A stretch of DNA of 64,000 bases from an uncultured Acidobacteriota bacterium. Lineage in GTDB: Bacteria; Acidobacteriota; Thermoanaerobaculia; Gp7-AA8. The translations under genes and the position numbers were made by a program. The notes below the pieces were generated by a model. That model did not search any database. It was given only the letters and a program-made list of their open reading frames with translations, and was not told the origin of the DNA. This document shows positions 39,759 through 48,281 of the stretch, piece by piece (position 1 is the first letter of the stretch; each line of letters starts with the position of its first letter). The stretch spans positions 864,001-928,000 of the forward strand of contig CAVUKB010000007.1 in the NCBI GenBank assembly GCA_963741955.1, given 5' to 3'.

Positions 39759-40409
39759 GTGATGACGTTTCGAAGAGTAGTGATTCTTTTTTCCATGGCT
39801 GCCCTCGTCGCGGCGACGGTCCTGATGGTCGCCCCCGCGAGCTCCGAAGCTTCGGCCGTTCCCGCGGTGAGCGCGAAGACCATGGCCAACCTGATGGCGG
39901 CATACAACGGCGAGAGCAACGCCCACGCCCGCTATCTCGCCTTCGCCGAGAAGGCGGAGCAGGACGGGAAGGGTGAAGTGGCGAGCCTGTTCCGCGCCGC
40001 AGCGCGCGCCGAGGAGATTCACGCCAGCAATCACGCGACCGTAATCAAGAAGTTCGGCGGCAAACCGGAAGCGAAGATCGAAGACCCCAACGTCGGAACG
40101 ACCGAAGAGAATCTCACCGCTGCCGTCAAAGGTGAAACATACGAGAAGGACGTGATGTACCCGGATTTCATCGCTCAGGCGAAGAGTGAGCGCAATCGCG
40201 ACGCTCTCCGGACGTTCAACTATGCCCGGACCGCAGAGATCGAGCACGCGAACCTCTACTCCAACGCGAAGAAGAATCTGGCCACCCTCGGTGATGCTAA
40301 GACGACCTACTACGTCTGCACCATCTGCGGCTACACCACCACCAATCTCGATTTCACCAAGTGCATTTCGTGTCTGAATCCGAAGGACAAGTACGTGCCG
40401 GTCAGCTGA
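39759..40409 (+). CDS. Rubrerythrin with N-terminal signal peptide
   Basis: GES, EEIH, GETYE, EIEH diiron ligands; CTIC...CISC rubredoxin site; TFRR plus hydrophobic leader. Confidence 0.92.
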   Translation: MMTFRRVVILFSMAALVAATVLMVAPASSEASAVPAVSAKTMANLMAAYNGESNAHARYLAFAEKAEQDGKGEVASLFRAAARAEEIHASNHATVIKKFGGKPEAKIEDPNVGTTEENLTAAVKGETYEKDVMYPDFIAQAKSERNRDALRTFNYARTAEIEHANLYSNAKKNLATLGDAKTTYYVCTICGYTTTNLDFTKCISCLNPKDKYVPVS

Positions 40410-40431
40410 GCCGACGAGGAGAGCGGAATCG

Positions 40432-40980
40432 ATGATCGAATTTCCACCCATACCGACCTGGGATGGACTCCATCCCCTGATCATTCACTTTCCCATCGCA
40501 CTGCTGTACTTCGCGCCGATCTTCATCCTGGTCGGAGCGGCCGTCAGGCCGAAGGGTGCCAGGAGCTGGCTGACCGCAGGCCTGATCCTGATGGCCGTCG
40601 GCACCGTTACCGTATTCGTGGCGATCTCCACCGGCGAGTCGGCGGCGGAGCTCGCCGAGCGAAGCGCGCAGGTGAACTCGGTTCTGGAGAGACACGAGAC
40701 GCTCGCGGAGCAGACCGAGATCGTCTTCTCCAGTCTGACGGTGATCTTCGCGGTGATGCTCTTCGCTCCGCGCCTGTTCAAACGGGAACCGGAGCGAGTC
40801 ACAACGACGCTGCTACCCCTCGTGTTTCTCCTCTTCTACGGAGCGGGAATGGTCATCCTGACGAATACCGCGCACAACGGTGGACGCCTGGTACACGAAT
40901 TCGGTGTGCAGTCGCTGGTGGCGTCATCCGGCCCCACCGCGTTTCCGGCGGCTCTTCCGGCTGAAACGGACGAAGACTGA
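40432..40980 (+). CDS. DUF2231-like 4-TM membrane protein
   Basis: LHPLIIHFPIAL, TG..AAE, HE, TAHNGGRLVH. Confidence 0.82.
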   Translation: MIEFPPIPTWDGLHPLIIHFPIALLYFAPIFILVGAAVRPKGARSWLTAGLILMAVGTVTVFVAISTGESAAELAERSAQVNSVLERHETLAEQTEIVFSSLTVIFAVMLFAPRLFKREPERVTTTLLPLVFLLFYGAGMVILTNTAHNGGRLVHEFGVQSLVASSGPTAFPAALPAETDED

Positions 40981-40998
40981 ACGGTTGCCTTTGTCCTC

Positions 40999-41029
40999 CC
41001 CGGGGTGGCTTCGGCCGCCCCGGGATTTT
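40999..41029 (+). terminator. Terminator with UUCG loop
   Basis: CCCGGGGTGGC-TTCG-GCCGCCCCGGG-ATTTT. Confidence 0.7.
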
Positions 41030-41033
41030 CATT

Positions 41034-43232
41034 TCAATCTACGGCTGGTGATTGCTTCGCGCCTGCAGAGCGTGAGTCGAGGATCCGCGCCTTCAGCTCG
41101 GTCGCGTCGCGCCACGGAGGAAAGACCGCGAGAAGACGGTTCGTCCGTTCGAGCGCCTCCTGCGACTCCCCGAGATCGAACGCCGCATGCGCGCGGGCGA
41201 GTTCCGCGGTGAAGGGATCGTGGAGCTCACCGAGCAGCCGCTCTGCACGTCTGGCGGCGTCTGATCCCCGGTCGAGTGCCCCGAAGAGGGCGAGAACCTC
41301 GGCATCGCCCGGAGCCTCGTGCATCGCCTCGGCCGCGAACCGCGAAGCCTCGGCGCGCCGTCCGAGATGCAGGGCGCAGCGGGCCCGGAAAAAAGCGACC
41401 GACGAGGTCGTCTGACTCGCGCGAACGGGCCGGTAGTCCATTTCGGCGAGTCGCGCGAAGATCTGAGACGCGATCTGCCAGTCGCCCGTCGATTGAAGGA
41501 GCCGCGCGAGGTCGAACAGTCGAGGCGTCGCCGCGCCTTCGCGAATCTCGCGAAGCGACGCCGCCCGGATCAGAGGGAGCGGCGATGAAGGCCGCTCCGG
41601 GACGCTCCAGAGCTCCCGGATCAATCGCAGGCGCGCTTCCGACGGTCGGGAGGAAGCCGCAGCTTCGGGCGAACGGAGTCGCGCCACGGCGTCGAGCCTC
41701 AGCTGAATGGATTCGAGATAGCTCGCCTCGCGCTGCACGTGCCCATGCAGCGAAAGAACGAGCGCGAGGAGAGCCATGGCGAATGACGCCAGTGCCACGC
41801 GACGGAACTGCCGGATTCGAAGCAGCTCGACGCACGAAGAGATCGCGATCCCGCCGAGAATTGCCAGGGCTGGCAGGAGGGACAGCCGCTGCCGGGAGGT
41901 GACGTAGAAGACCACCAGCGGGATCGCGGCGGTGGCGAGGTAGAGCAGCAGCACGGAGAGGTTCCTGCGCCGCCGAACCAGCACCACTCCCGCCGCTGCG
42001 AGTGCGACCACCACCCCGAACGGTATCCACTGTCGGTGCTCTCGAAGCTCCACGTCCTTGAGCATCATCGGGATCAGGTCCCACTCTTCGCGCGAAGAGA
42101 GGGCGAGCCGAAACTTCCGCGCAACCAGGGTCGCGGCGCGTGCGGGGTAGGCGCGGGCGAACGCGAGCGCGCGTTCGATCCAGTAGCGGTTCGATTCTTC
42201 ACGAGTGAGGAGGCGTCCGGAGGCCTTCGACGGTATCAGCCGGAAGAGCACGTGCAGGGTGTCCGGCTCGTCGATGGTCGGCTCGAGCTGATCGATGATG
42301 CGGGGACGCACGCCGGAGTAGCCCGTGGAGAGAGGATTCATCCCCTCGTAGAAGACGGTTCCCGGGTCCATGATCATCGCGCTTCCGGTCATCGCGTGCT
42401 GAATGCCCATCACGATCAGGAGCGGCACGGCCGCGCCTGCGACCAGGCCCCAGGGCAAGCTGCGGAGCTTTGCCTCATTCCCTTCGGAACGTCGCTCGAC
42501 AACGCGCAGCCAGGCGATCCAGCAGAAGACCACCGCCAGAAATGCGAGCGCGGTGGGACGAGCAGCTGCGGAGAGCGCGATCAACGCTCCCGCGAAGGCG
42601 AATCTCCGGAAGGAAAGGTGCGACACCGGCCGGGAATGTGCGAGCAGCACCGTGAGCGCCGCGGTGTCGAGCAGGAGGATCATGGTCTCCGGTTCGACGT
42701 CCGAGGCATTGACCAGCGCCGCTCGGCTGGTGAAGACCAGGAGCATCGCCCCCGCCGCGGCGATTACCCCGCCGAATCTCCATGCGATGACCGCACAGAG
42801 AAGCGCGACCCCACCGAGGGCGAGAACCTGGATGCCTCGAAACTCGTTCTGCGTCGCCCGGAGTCCCTCCAGTGCGGTGACCATCCAGAGATAGAGCGGA
42901 CTGAGATCTCCGAGCCGATCGCGGATCACATCACCCTGCAACAGCCGGCTCGCGAAATAGGTGTACTTACTGAAGTAGCTCTGATCCGTGAGCGAATTCA
43001 GGAGCGCGATTCTCGCGACCGATACGAGCGTCGCGACGAGAGCTCCGATCCAGAAAAGCAATTTTCCCGAGTGGAGCCTGGCGCTCCATCGGGACCGCTC
43101 CGAGGCGGGACCGACACGTTCGACCTGGGCGCTCTCCGAGCTCACGTCGTTGTAAAGCAGGCCCATGGAGGGCGAATTTCCCGAATCGTACCTAACGCCC
43201 GCACCGCCGGGGTTCGGCTCCATCCGTGCCAC
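41034..43232 (-). CDS. GT-C (PMT/ArnT-like) membrane glycosyltransferase with TPR-like tail; start uncertain
   Basis: SPLY, GALIALSAAARP, FYEGMNP, FYVTSRQR; many TMs; Ala-rich helical repeats. Confidence 0.7.
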   Translation of the reverse strand: MARMEPNPGGAGVRYDSGNSPSMGLLYNDVSSESAQVERVGPASERSRWSARLHSGKLLFWIGALVATLVSVARIALLNSLTDQSYFSKYTYFASRLLQGDVIRDRLGDLSPLYLWMVTALEGLRATQNEFRGIQVLALGGVALLCAVIAWRFGGVIAAAGAMLLVFTSRAALVNASDVEPETMILLLDTAALTVLLAHSRPVSHLSFRRFAFAGALIALSAAARPTALAFLAVVFCWIAWLRVVERRSEGNEAKLRSLPWGLVAGAAVPLLIVMGIQHAMTGSAMIMDPGTVFYEGMNPLSTGYSGVRPRIIDQLEPTIDEPDTLHVLFRLIPSKASGRLLTREESNRYWIERALAFARAYPARAATLVARKFRLALSSREEWDLIPMMLKDVELREHRQWIPFGVVVALAAAGVVLVRRRRNLSVLLLYLATAAIPLVVFYVTSRQRLSLLPALAILGGIAISSCVELLRIRQFRRVALASFAMALLALVLSLHGHVQREASYLESIQLRLDAVARLRSPEAAASSRPSEARLRLIRELWSVPERPSSPLPLIRAASLREIREGAATPRLFDLARLLQSTGDWQIASQIFARLAEMDYRPVRASQTTSSVAFFRARCALHLGRRAEASRFAAEAMHEAPGDAEVLALFGALDRGSDAARRAERLLGELHDPFTAELARAHAAFDLGESQEALERTNRLLAVFPPWRDATELKARILDSRSAGAKQSPAVD

Positions 43233-43271
43233 TGCCGGTATATCCTTGGCGTTCGCAGGAAGGAGGATTCG

Positions 43272-44222
43272 ATGAGTGCAAGGAAGATCATCGCGGTGAT
43301 CGGTGCCACGGGTGCGCAGGGCGGAGGTCTGGTCCGGGCGATTCTGGACGACGACGGAGGCGAGTTCGTCGCCCGTGCAGTCACCCGAAAGCCCGATTCA
43401 GAGAAGGCGAAGGAGCTCGCCCGTCTGGGTGCGGAGGTGGTGGCGGCGGATCTGGACGACGAGGCGACTCTCGTCCGCGCATTCGAAGGCGCGTGGGGCG
43501 CGTACTGCGTGACGAACTACTGGGAGCACTTCTCGCCGGAGCGCGAGAAAGTCCAGGCGGGGAACATGGCGCGGGCCGCGAAAAAGGCCGGAGTCAAACA
43601 TGTGATCTGGTCGACACTCGAAGACACGCGCAATTGGGTGCCGCTCGACGACGATCGGATGCCCACTCTGATGCAGCACTACAAGGTGCCGCATTTCGAC
43701 GCGAAGGGGGAGTCGAACCAGATCTTCCTCGACGCAGGGGTCCCGGTCACCTTCCTCGTGACGTCGTTCTACTGGGACAACTTCATCTACTTCGGCTCCG
43801 GTCCGAAACGGGGAGCGGACGGAAAACTCAGCCTCGTATTTCCGATGGACGACCGCCCTCTTCCCGGAATCGCGGCGGAGGACATCGGCCGTTGCGCCTA
43901 TGGAGTGTTCAAAGGAGGCGCGGAGTGGGTCGGGAAGAGCGTCGGGATCGCCGGCGAGCACCTGAGCGGAACACAGATGGCGGCTGCGCTGACCAGGGGA
44001 ATGAAGGAGGAGGTCGTGTACACGCCCGTTCCTCCCGACGTCTACCGTTCGTTCGGATTTCCGGGCGCTGACGATCTCGGGAACATGTTTCAGTTCAAGC
44101 GCGATTTCAACAGCGATTTCGTGAAGGCCCGTGATCTTTCGCTCTCACGATCGCTCAACCCGCGGCTGCAATCGTTCGAGGAATGGGTGCAGCGCAATGC
44201 GCACCTGATTCCGCGCGACTGA
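43272..44222 (+). CDS. NmrA/HSCARG-family protein
   Basis: VIGATGAQGG, VTNYWEH, VPHFDAK; RBS AGGAGG. Confidence 0.92.
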   Translation: MSARKIIAVIGATGAQGGGLVRAILDDDGGEFVARAVTRKPDSEKAKELARLGAEVVAADLDDEATLVRAFEGAWGAYCVTNYWEHFSPEREKVQAGNMARAAKKAGVKHVIWSTLEDTRNWVPLDDDRMPTLMQHYKVPHFDAKGESNQIFLDAGVPVTFLVTSFYWDNFIYFGSGPKRGADGKLSLVFPMDDRPLPGIAAEDIGRCAYGVFKGGAEWVGKSVGIAGEHLSGTQMAAALTRGMKEEVVYTPVPPDVYRSFGFPGADDLGNMFQFKRDFNSDFVKARDLSLSRSLNPRLQSFEEWVQRNAHLIPRD

Positions 44223-44427
44223 AATGCTCTGGCGGGAGAGCGGATCAGCAGACCCGATCCGGACGAATTCCCGGCGCGTCCTCACGGCGACGCCTCGAGT
44301 CGGACGGCTCGGGCCTCACTGTTCCGCTCTCCCACGCGGGCGCGGTCACCCGGGCTCCCCCTCGACAACTCCGGCCTGGGTCACCTCCCGCCGAACCTTC
44401 GTTCTGTCGTGAGACGAACCCTGCAAT

Positions 44428-44456
44428 TTGACAGCGCTATTCATTGTCACCATTCT
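44428..44456 (+). promoter_or_regulatory. sigma70-like promoter with TGACA-N11-TGTCA palindrome
   Basis: TTGACA-17-CATTCT. Confidence 0.45.
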
Positions 44457-44513
44457 TGACTCGTCTCCGCGGACTCGAAGGAGGTCTGGCGGGCCAGGAG
44501 GAGCCGCACTCGG

Positions 44514-47500
44514 ATGGAATCGCTCTTCGGATGCCTATCGCTGTTTCTGATACTCCTTGCCCTCGCCGCACTGGTCGGTGCGTGGATCGTGGTGCTCGGT
44601 GTGAAGTCGCGGGTCCGCGCTCTGGAAACGGAGACGCGTCAGCTCCGTACCGCGAACGAGATCATCAAGGCCCGTCTTCTCGAAGTTTTTTCTCTCCTCG
44701 ACGAGAAATCAGCTGGAGGGTCTGAACCCGGCGGACCCGAGGCGCCGCAATCAGACATCCGCACAGCTTCCCTCCCGGAGGAGGCTCCGGAGGTTCATCC
44801 CGAAGCCGTCGCGCCCCCCGCCGTTCCGGAGACGAGTGCGGCGTTCGAGACGCTTCCCGTCGATGTTTCTGAAGACCTGACCCCCGAGGGGACGGCTCCT
44901 CCGGGTCCCCCCATTGCGGAGAGGGAAGATCGTGCCGCACACGAAGCGGCAGCAGTTCCGCCTCCCGGCGTGCCGCCTCCGGAAGATCAAGGTGGTCCGC
45001 CGAGTCCACCCGTGCCGCCGAAGCCTCACCGGTCGTTCGACTGGGAAAGCGTGATCGGGGTGAACCTTTTTTCGTGGATCGCCGGCTTCGCTCTCGCGCT
45101 CTCGGCGATTCTCTTTCTCCGCTACTCGGTCGAGCATGGCTGGCTGCAGCCGTGGGTGCGGTTCTCTCTCGGATTCGTCACCGGAACCGCGCTTCTCGTT
45201 GCCAATCAGATGAAGTTCGCGCGGCGTTACCGCGTCACCTCGAATGCGCTCGACGCAGCTGGAATCGCGATCCTCTACGCGTCGCTCTTCGCCGCCCATG
45301 CGTTGTGGCATCTCCTCCCTTCCACCCTCGTCTTCGCGCTGATGATCGTGGTCACTGCGATCGCGGTGATCCTCTCCATTCAGCGGGAGTCGATCTTCAT
45401 CGCGCTCCTGGGGCTGCTCGGCGGATTCGCCACGCCGGCGCTCCTCTCCAGCGGTGAGGATCATCCCTTCGGCCTCTTCGGATATCTCCTGATGCTGAAT
45501 GCGGGACTCGGATGGGTCTCGTATCGGAAGCGATGGCCGGTTCTCTCGGCGTTGACGCTCCTCTTCACCACCCTCTATCAATGGGGATGGGTGACGCGCT
45601 TTCTGGAGTCCTCGAAACTGCCGATCGCGGTGGGAGTTTTTCTGGTCTTTCCGATTGTCGCGGTGGCGGGGATCTGGATCGCACGACCTTCCGGCGACGG
45701 AGAGGAGAAGAAGTTCGAGAGTATCGCGGCGTTCAGTTCGGCGCTGCCGCTCGTCTTCGCAGTCTACTTCGCAGCGGCGCCCGCGTACGGCGCACGATTC
45801 GGACTTCTCTTCTTCTTTCTCCTTCTGGTCGACGCCGGACTCGCAGCGATCGCGATCTCCCGCCGCGGTCCCGAGGTGCTCCACCTCCTCGGCGCGCTGA
45901 CCACAGTCCTGACGTTCGGGGTCTGGTGCGCATTTTCGTACCGCTCGGCGGCGTGGCCGGCGATGGTCTTCTGGATTGCGGCATTCGTCGCTCTCTATCT
46001 AATCGCGGACCTGGTCGCCGGCCGCCTTGGCCGGCGCTTCGAAGGGGCCGGAGCACTCGCGGCGTACGCTGCGCCGCTCCTTCTCTTCGTCTTCGCGTTT
46101 CTCGGCTACGCCGAACCGAAGACGGCGGCGCCGGCTCTTCTCTTCTCCGTGCTGTTCGTCCTGGTGGCGGCGAACGCGTGGGGGGCGATCCGGTCGGACG
46201 ATGGGCGGATCTTCCATCTGGCGACAGCGGCTGCCCTGGCAGCCGAGGCCATCTGGTCGGCGAAGCACCTCGCTCCGGCGACACTCACCAGCGCGCTCGT
46301 GATCTATGCGGCATTCGCACTCCTCACTCTTGCGGTTCCGGTCGTCGCGCGACGGCGCGGGAAGGAGCTGAGGCCCGCGATCGCGTCGCCGCTGATGGTC
46401 ATCGGCTCACTTCTGCTGTTGTTCTTTCTGACCGGAGCCGGGGTGGCTGCTGTTTCTCTGGGGGGGCTCGCGGTACTGCTGATCATCGCGAACCTGGGGC
46501 TGTTCGCATCCGGCGCGGCGATCCGCCATCCGCTACTCGCCGCCGTCGCTGCGGTTCTTTCGTGGCTGGTCCTGGTGGCGTGGTGGATCGCGGTACCGCT
46601 TGCTGTCCACCTCGTGCCTGCGCTCTCGGTGATCGCGGGGTTCTCGGTCCTGCTGCTCGGAGCGAATGTCGTTCTGCAGCGGAGTGGCCGGGCGGATGAA
46701 AGGCCGGAATCTCAGCAGACTCTTTACCTCGCGCTCGCGGGACACCTGTTTCTCCTCGTCGTCGCGATGAATCCGTCACTCTCCGTTCCCCCCTGGCCGA
46801 TGCTGGCAGTGCTCGGTGTGATCGACCTCGCGGTCGGCGTCACGGTGCTCTTTCTCGGTCGCGCGAGGCTGCTCGGCGCGGCGATGGTGGCATCGCAACT
46901 CGTGCTGGTGGCCTGGGCGTCGTCGGTCACGGCGGTGCCCTGGCCGCAGGTGGCGGTGTGGAGCGCGCTTGTCGTGGCGGCCTTCGCCGGGGCGTGGATC
47001 TTCGCCGCGGAACGACGTCTCGGAAGCGAGTGCCGGCTCCGCTTCTCCGCGGCTGCCGCGGGTGCCATCCTGATCGGCCACTTCGTGGTGATCGCAGCGG
47101 GTGAAGCAGCCGCGCATCCGACGACGGGAATGGTCACGCTCGCACATGTTCTGCTGCTCGCCGGGATGCTGCTCATTGCCGCGCGCGCATCGATGCACTA
47201 CCTGGCCATCTTCGAAGTCGTGCCGTTCGCGATCGCGATTTTTCTCTGGATGGGCGAGACGTACCAGCCGGCGCAGTGGGGTGGCGAGATGTTTCTCGCG
47301 ACCGTTCTCTATCTCATGTTCATCGCGTATCCGCTGCTTCTCGGCAGGCGCGGGAAGGCCGCGTTCGAACCCGCGCTGGCATCGGCATTCGCATCGATTC
47401 CCTTCTTCTTCTTTGCGCGTACGGAGCTGATGCGACGTGGACTCGGTGATGCGATCGGACTTCTTCCGCTCGCTCAGGCAGCGCTGCTCCTGGCGGTGCT

Positions 47501-48281
47501 CTGGATGCTGCTTCGCATCGAAGAGCCCGGAAAGCGGAACAACGGACGCCTGGCGATGGTCGCGGGGAGCGCGCTCGCCTTCATCACCGTGGCCATACCA
47601 CTCCAGTTGGAGAAGGAGTGGATCACGGTGGCGTGGGCCCTGGAAGCGGCGGCCTTGCTGTGGCTCTTCCTCCGGATCCCGCACCGGGGTCTCCTGTACT
47701 GGTCCGCCGCGCTCTACTCCGTCGTCTTCGTTCGACTGGTTTTCAATCCCGCGGTCTTCGGGTACCACGCCCGAAGCCCGATCGCGATCTGGAACTGGTA
47801 TCTCTATGCGTATCTGGTCGCCGCGGCTGCGTTCTTCGCCGGAACACGACTGCTTGGAAAAACCGGGAAAGATTCGTCGAGCCTCCTGGCGAGGATGCCG
47901 GCTCTTCTCGCGTCCGGAGGCACGGTTCTCCTCTTTCTGTTGTTGAACATCGAGATCGCGGACTACTTTTCGAAGGGTTCCACCATCACGTTCACCTTCT
48001 CGGCGGGGTTTGCCCAGGATCTGACGTACACCGTCCTCTGGGGGGTGTTCGCGGTCGGGATGCTGGTGGCGGGGATCATCACCGGAAGCCGGGGGGCGAG
48101 AATCGCGTCGATCGGACTTCTCCTGGTGTCGGTCTTGAAGGCCTTCCTCCACGACCTGATCCGCCTCGGTGGCCTCTATCGGGTGGGATCGCTCCTCGGG
48201 CTGGCGATCGCGCTCGCATTCGTCGCGCTGCTTCTGCAGCGCTACATTCTGGTCAAGCCGGAGCCGGAGAAGATGCCGTGA
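44514..48281 (+). CDS. DUF2339-like large polytopic membrane protein
   Basis: WESVIGVNLFSWI, LRYSVEHGW, GGFATP, ITVAWALEA, KAFLHDL...RVGS. Confidence 0.82.
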   Translation: MESLFGCLSLFLILLALAALVGAWIVVLGVKSRVRALETETRQLRTANEIIKARLLEVFSLLDEKSAGGSEPGGPEAPQSDIRTASLPEEAPEVHPEAVAPPAVPETSAAFETLPVDVSEDLTPEGTAPPGPPIAEREDRAAHEAAAVPPPGVPPPEDQGGPPSPPVPPKPHRSFDWESVIGVNLFSWIAGFALALSAILFLRYSVEHGWLQPWVRFSLGFVTGTALLVANQMKFARRYRVTSNALDAAGIAILYASLFAAHALWHLLPSTLVFALMIVVTAIAVILSIQRESIFIALLGLLGGFATPALLSSGEDHPFGLFGYLLMLNAGLGWVSYRKRWPVLSALTLLFTTLYQWGWVTRFLESSKLPIAVGVFLVFPIVAVAGIWIARPSGDGEEKKFESIAAFSSALPLVFAVYFAAAPAYGARFGLLFFFLLLVDAGLAAIAISRRGPEVLHLLGALTTVLTFGVWCAFSYRSAAWPAMVFWIAAFVALYLIADLVAGRLGRRFEGAGALAAYAAPLLLFVFAFLGYAEPKTAAPALLFSVLFVLVAANAWGAIRSDDGRIFHLATAAALAAEAIWSAKHLAPATLTSALVIYAAFALLTLAVPVVARRRGKELRPAIASPLMVIGSLLLLFFLTGAGVAAVSLGGLAVLLIIANLGLFASGAAIRHPLLAAVAAVLSWLVLVAWWIAVPLAVHLVPALSVIAGFSVLLLGANVVLQRSGRADERPESQQTLYLALAGHLFLLVVAMNPSLSVPPWPMLAVLGVIDLAVGVTVLFLGRARLLGAAMVASQLVLVAWASSVTAVPWPQVAVWSALVVAAFAGAWIFAAERRLGSECRLRFSAAAAGAILIGHFVVIAAGEAAAHPTTGMVTLAHVLLLAGMLLIAARASMHYLAIFEVVPFAIAIFLWMGETYQPAQWGGEMFLATVLYLMFIAYPLLLGRRGKAAFEPALASAFASIPFFFFARTELMRRGLGDAIGLLPLAQAALLLAVLWMLLRIEEPGKRNNGRLAMVAGSALAFITVAIPLQLEKEWITVAWALEAAALLWLFLRIPHRGLLYWSAALYSVVFVRLVFNPAVFGYHARSPIAIWNWYLYAYLVAAAAFFAGTRLLGKTGKDSSSLLARMPALLASGGTVLLFLLLNIEIADYFSKGSTITFTFSAGFAQDLTYTVLWGVFAVGMLVAGIITGSRGARIASIGLLLVSVLKAFLHDLIRLGGLYRVGSLLGLAIALAFVALLLQRYILVKPEPEKMP

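Noticed and set aside
42036-43271. 728-aa NmrA fusion
   Set aside because: The upstream part is antisense to the GT-C gene; a strong SD precedes the ATG at 43272
44231-44392. GGGAGAGCGGA/TCCGCTCTCCC inverted arms
   Set aside because: Single occurrence in GC-rich DNA with no further support
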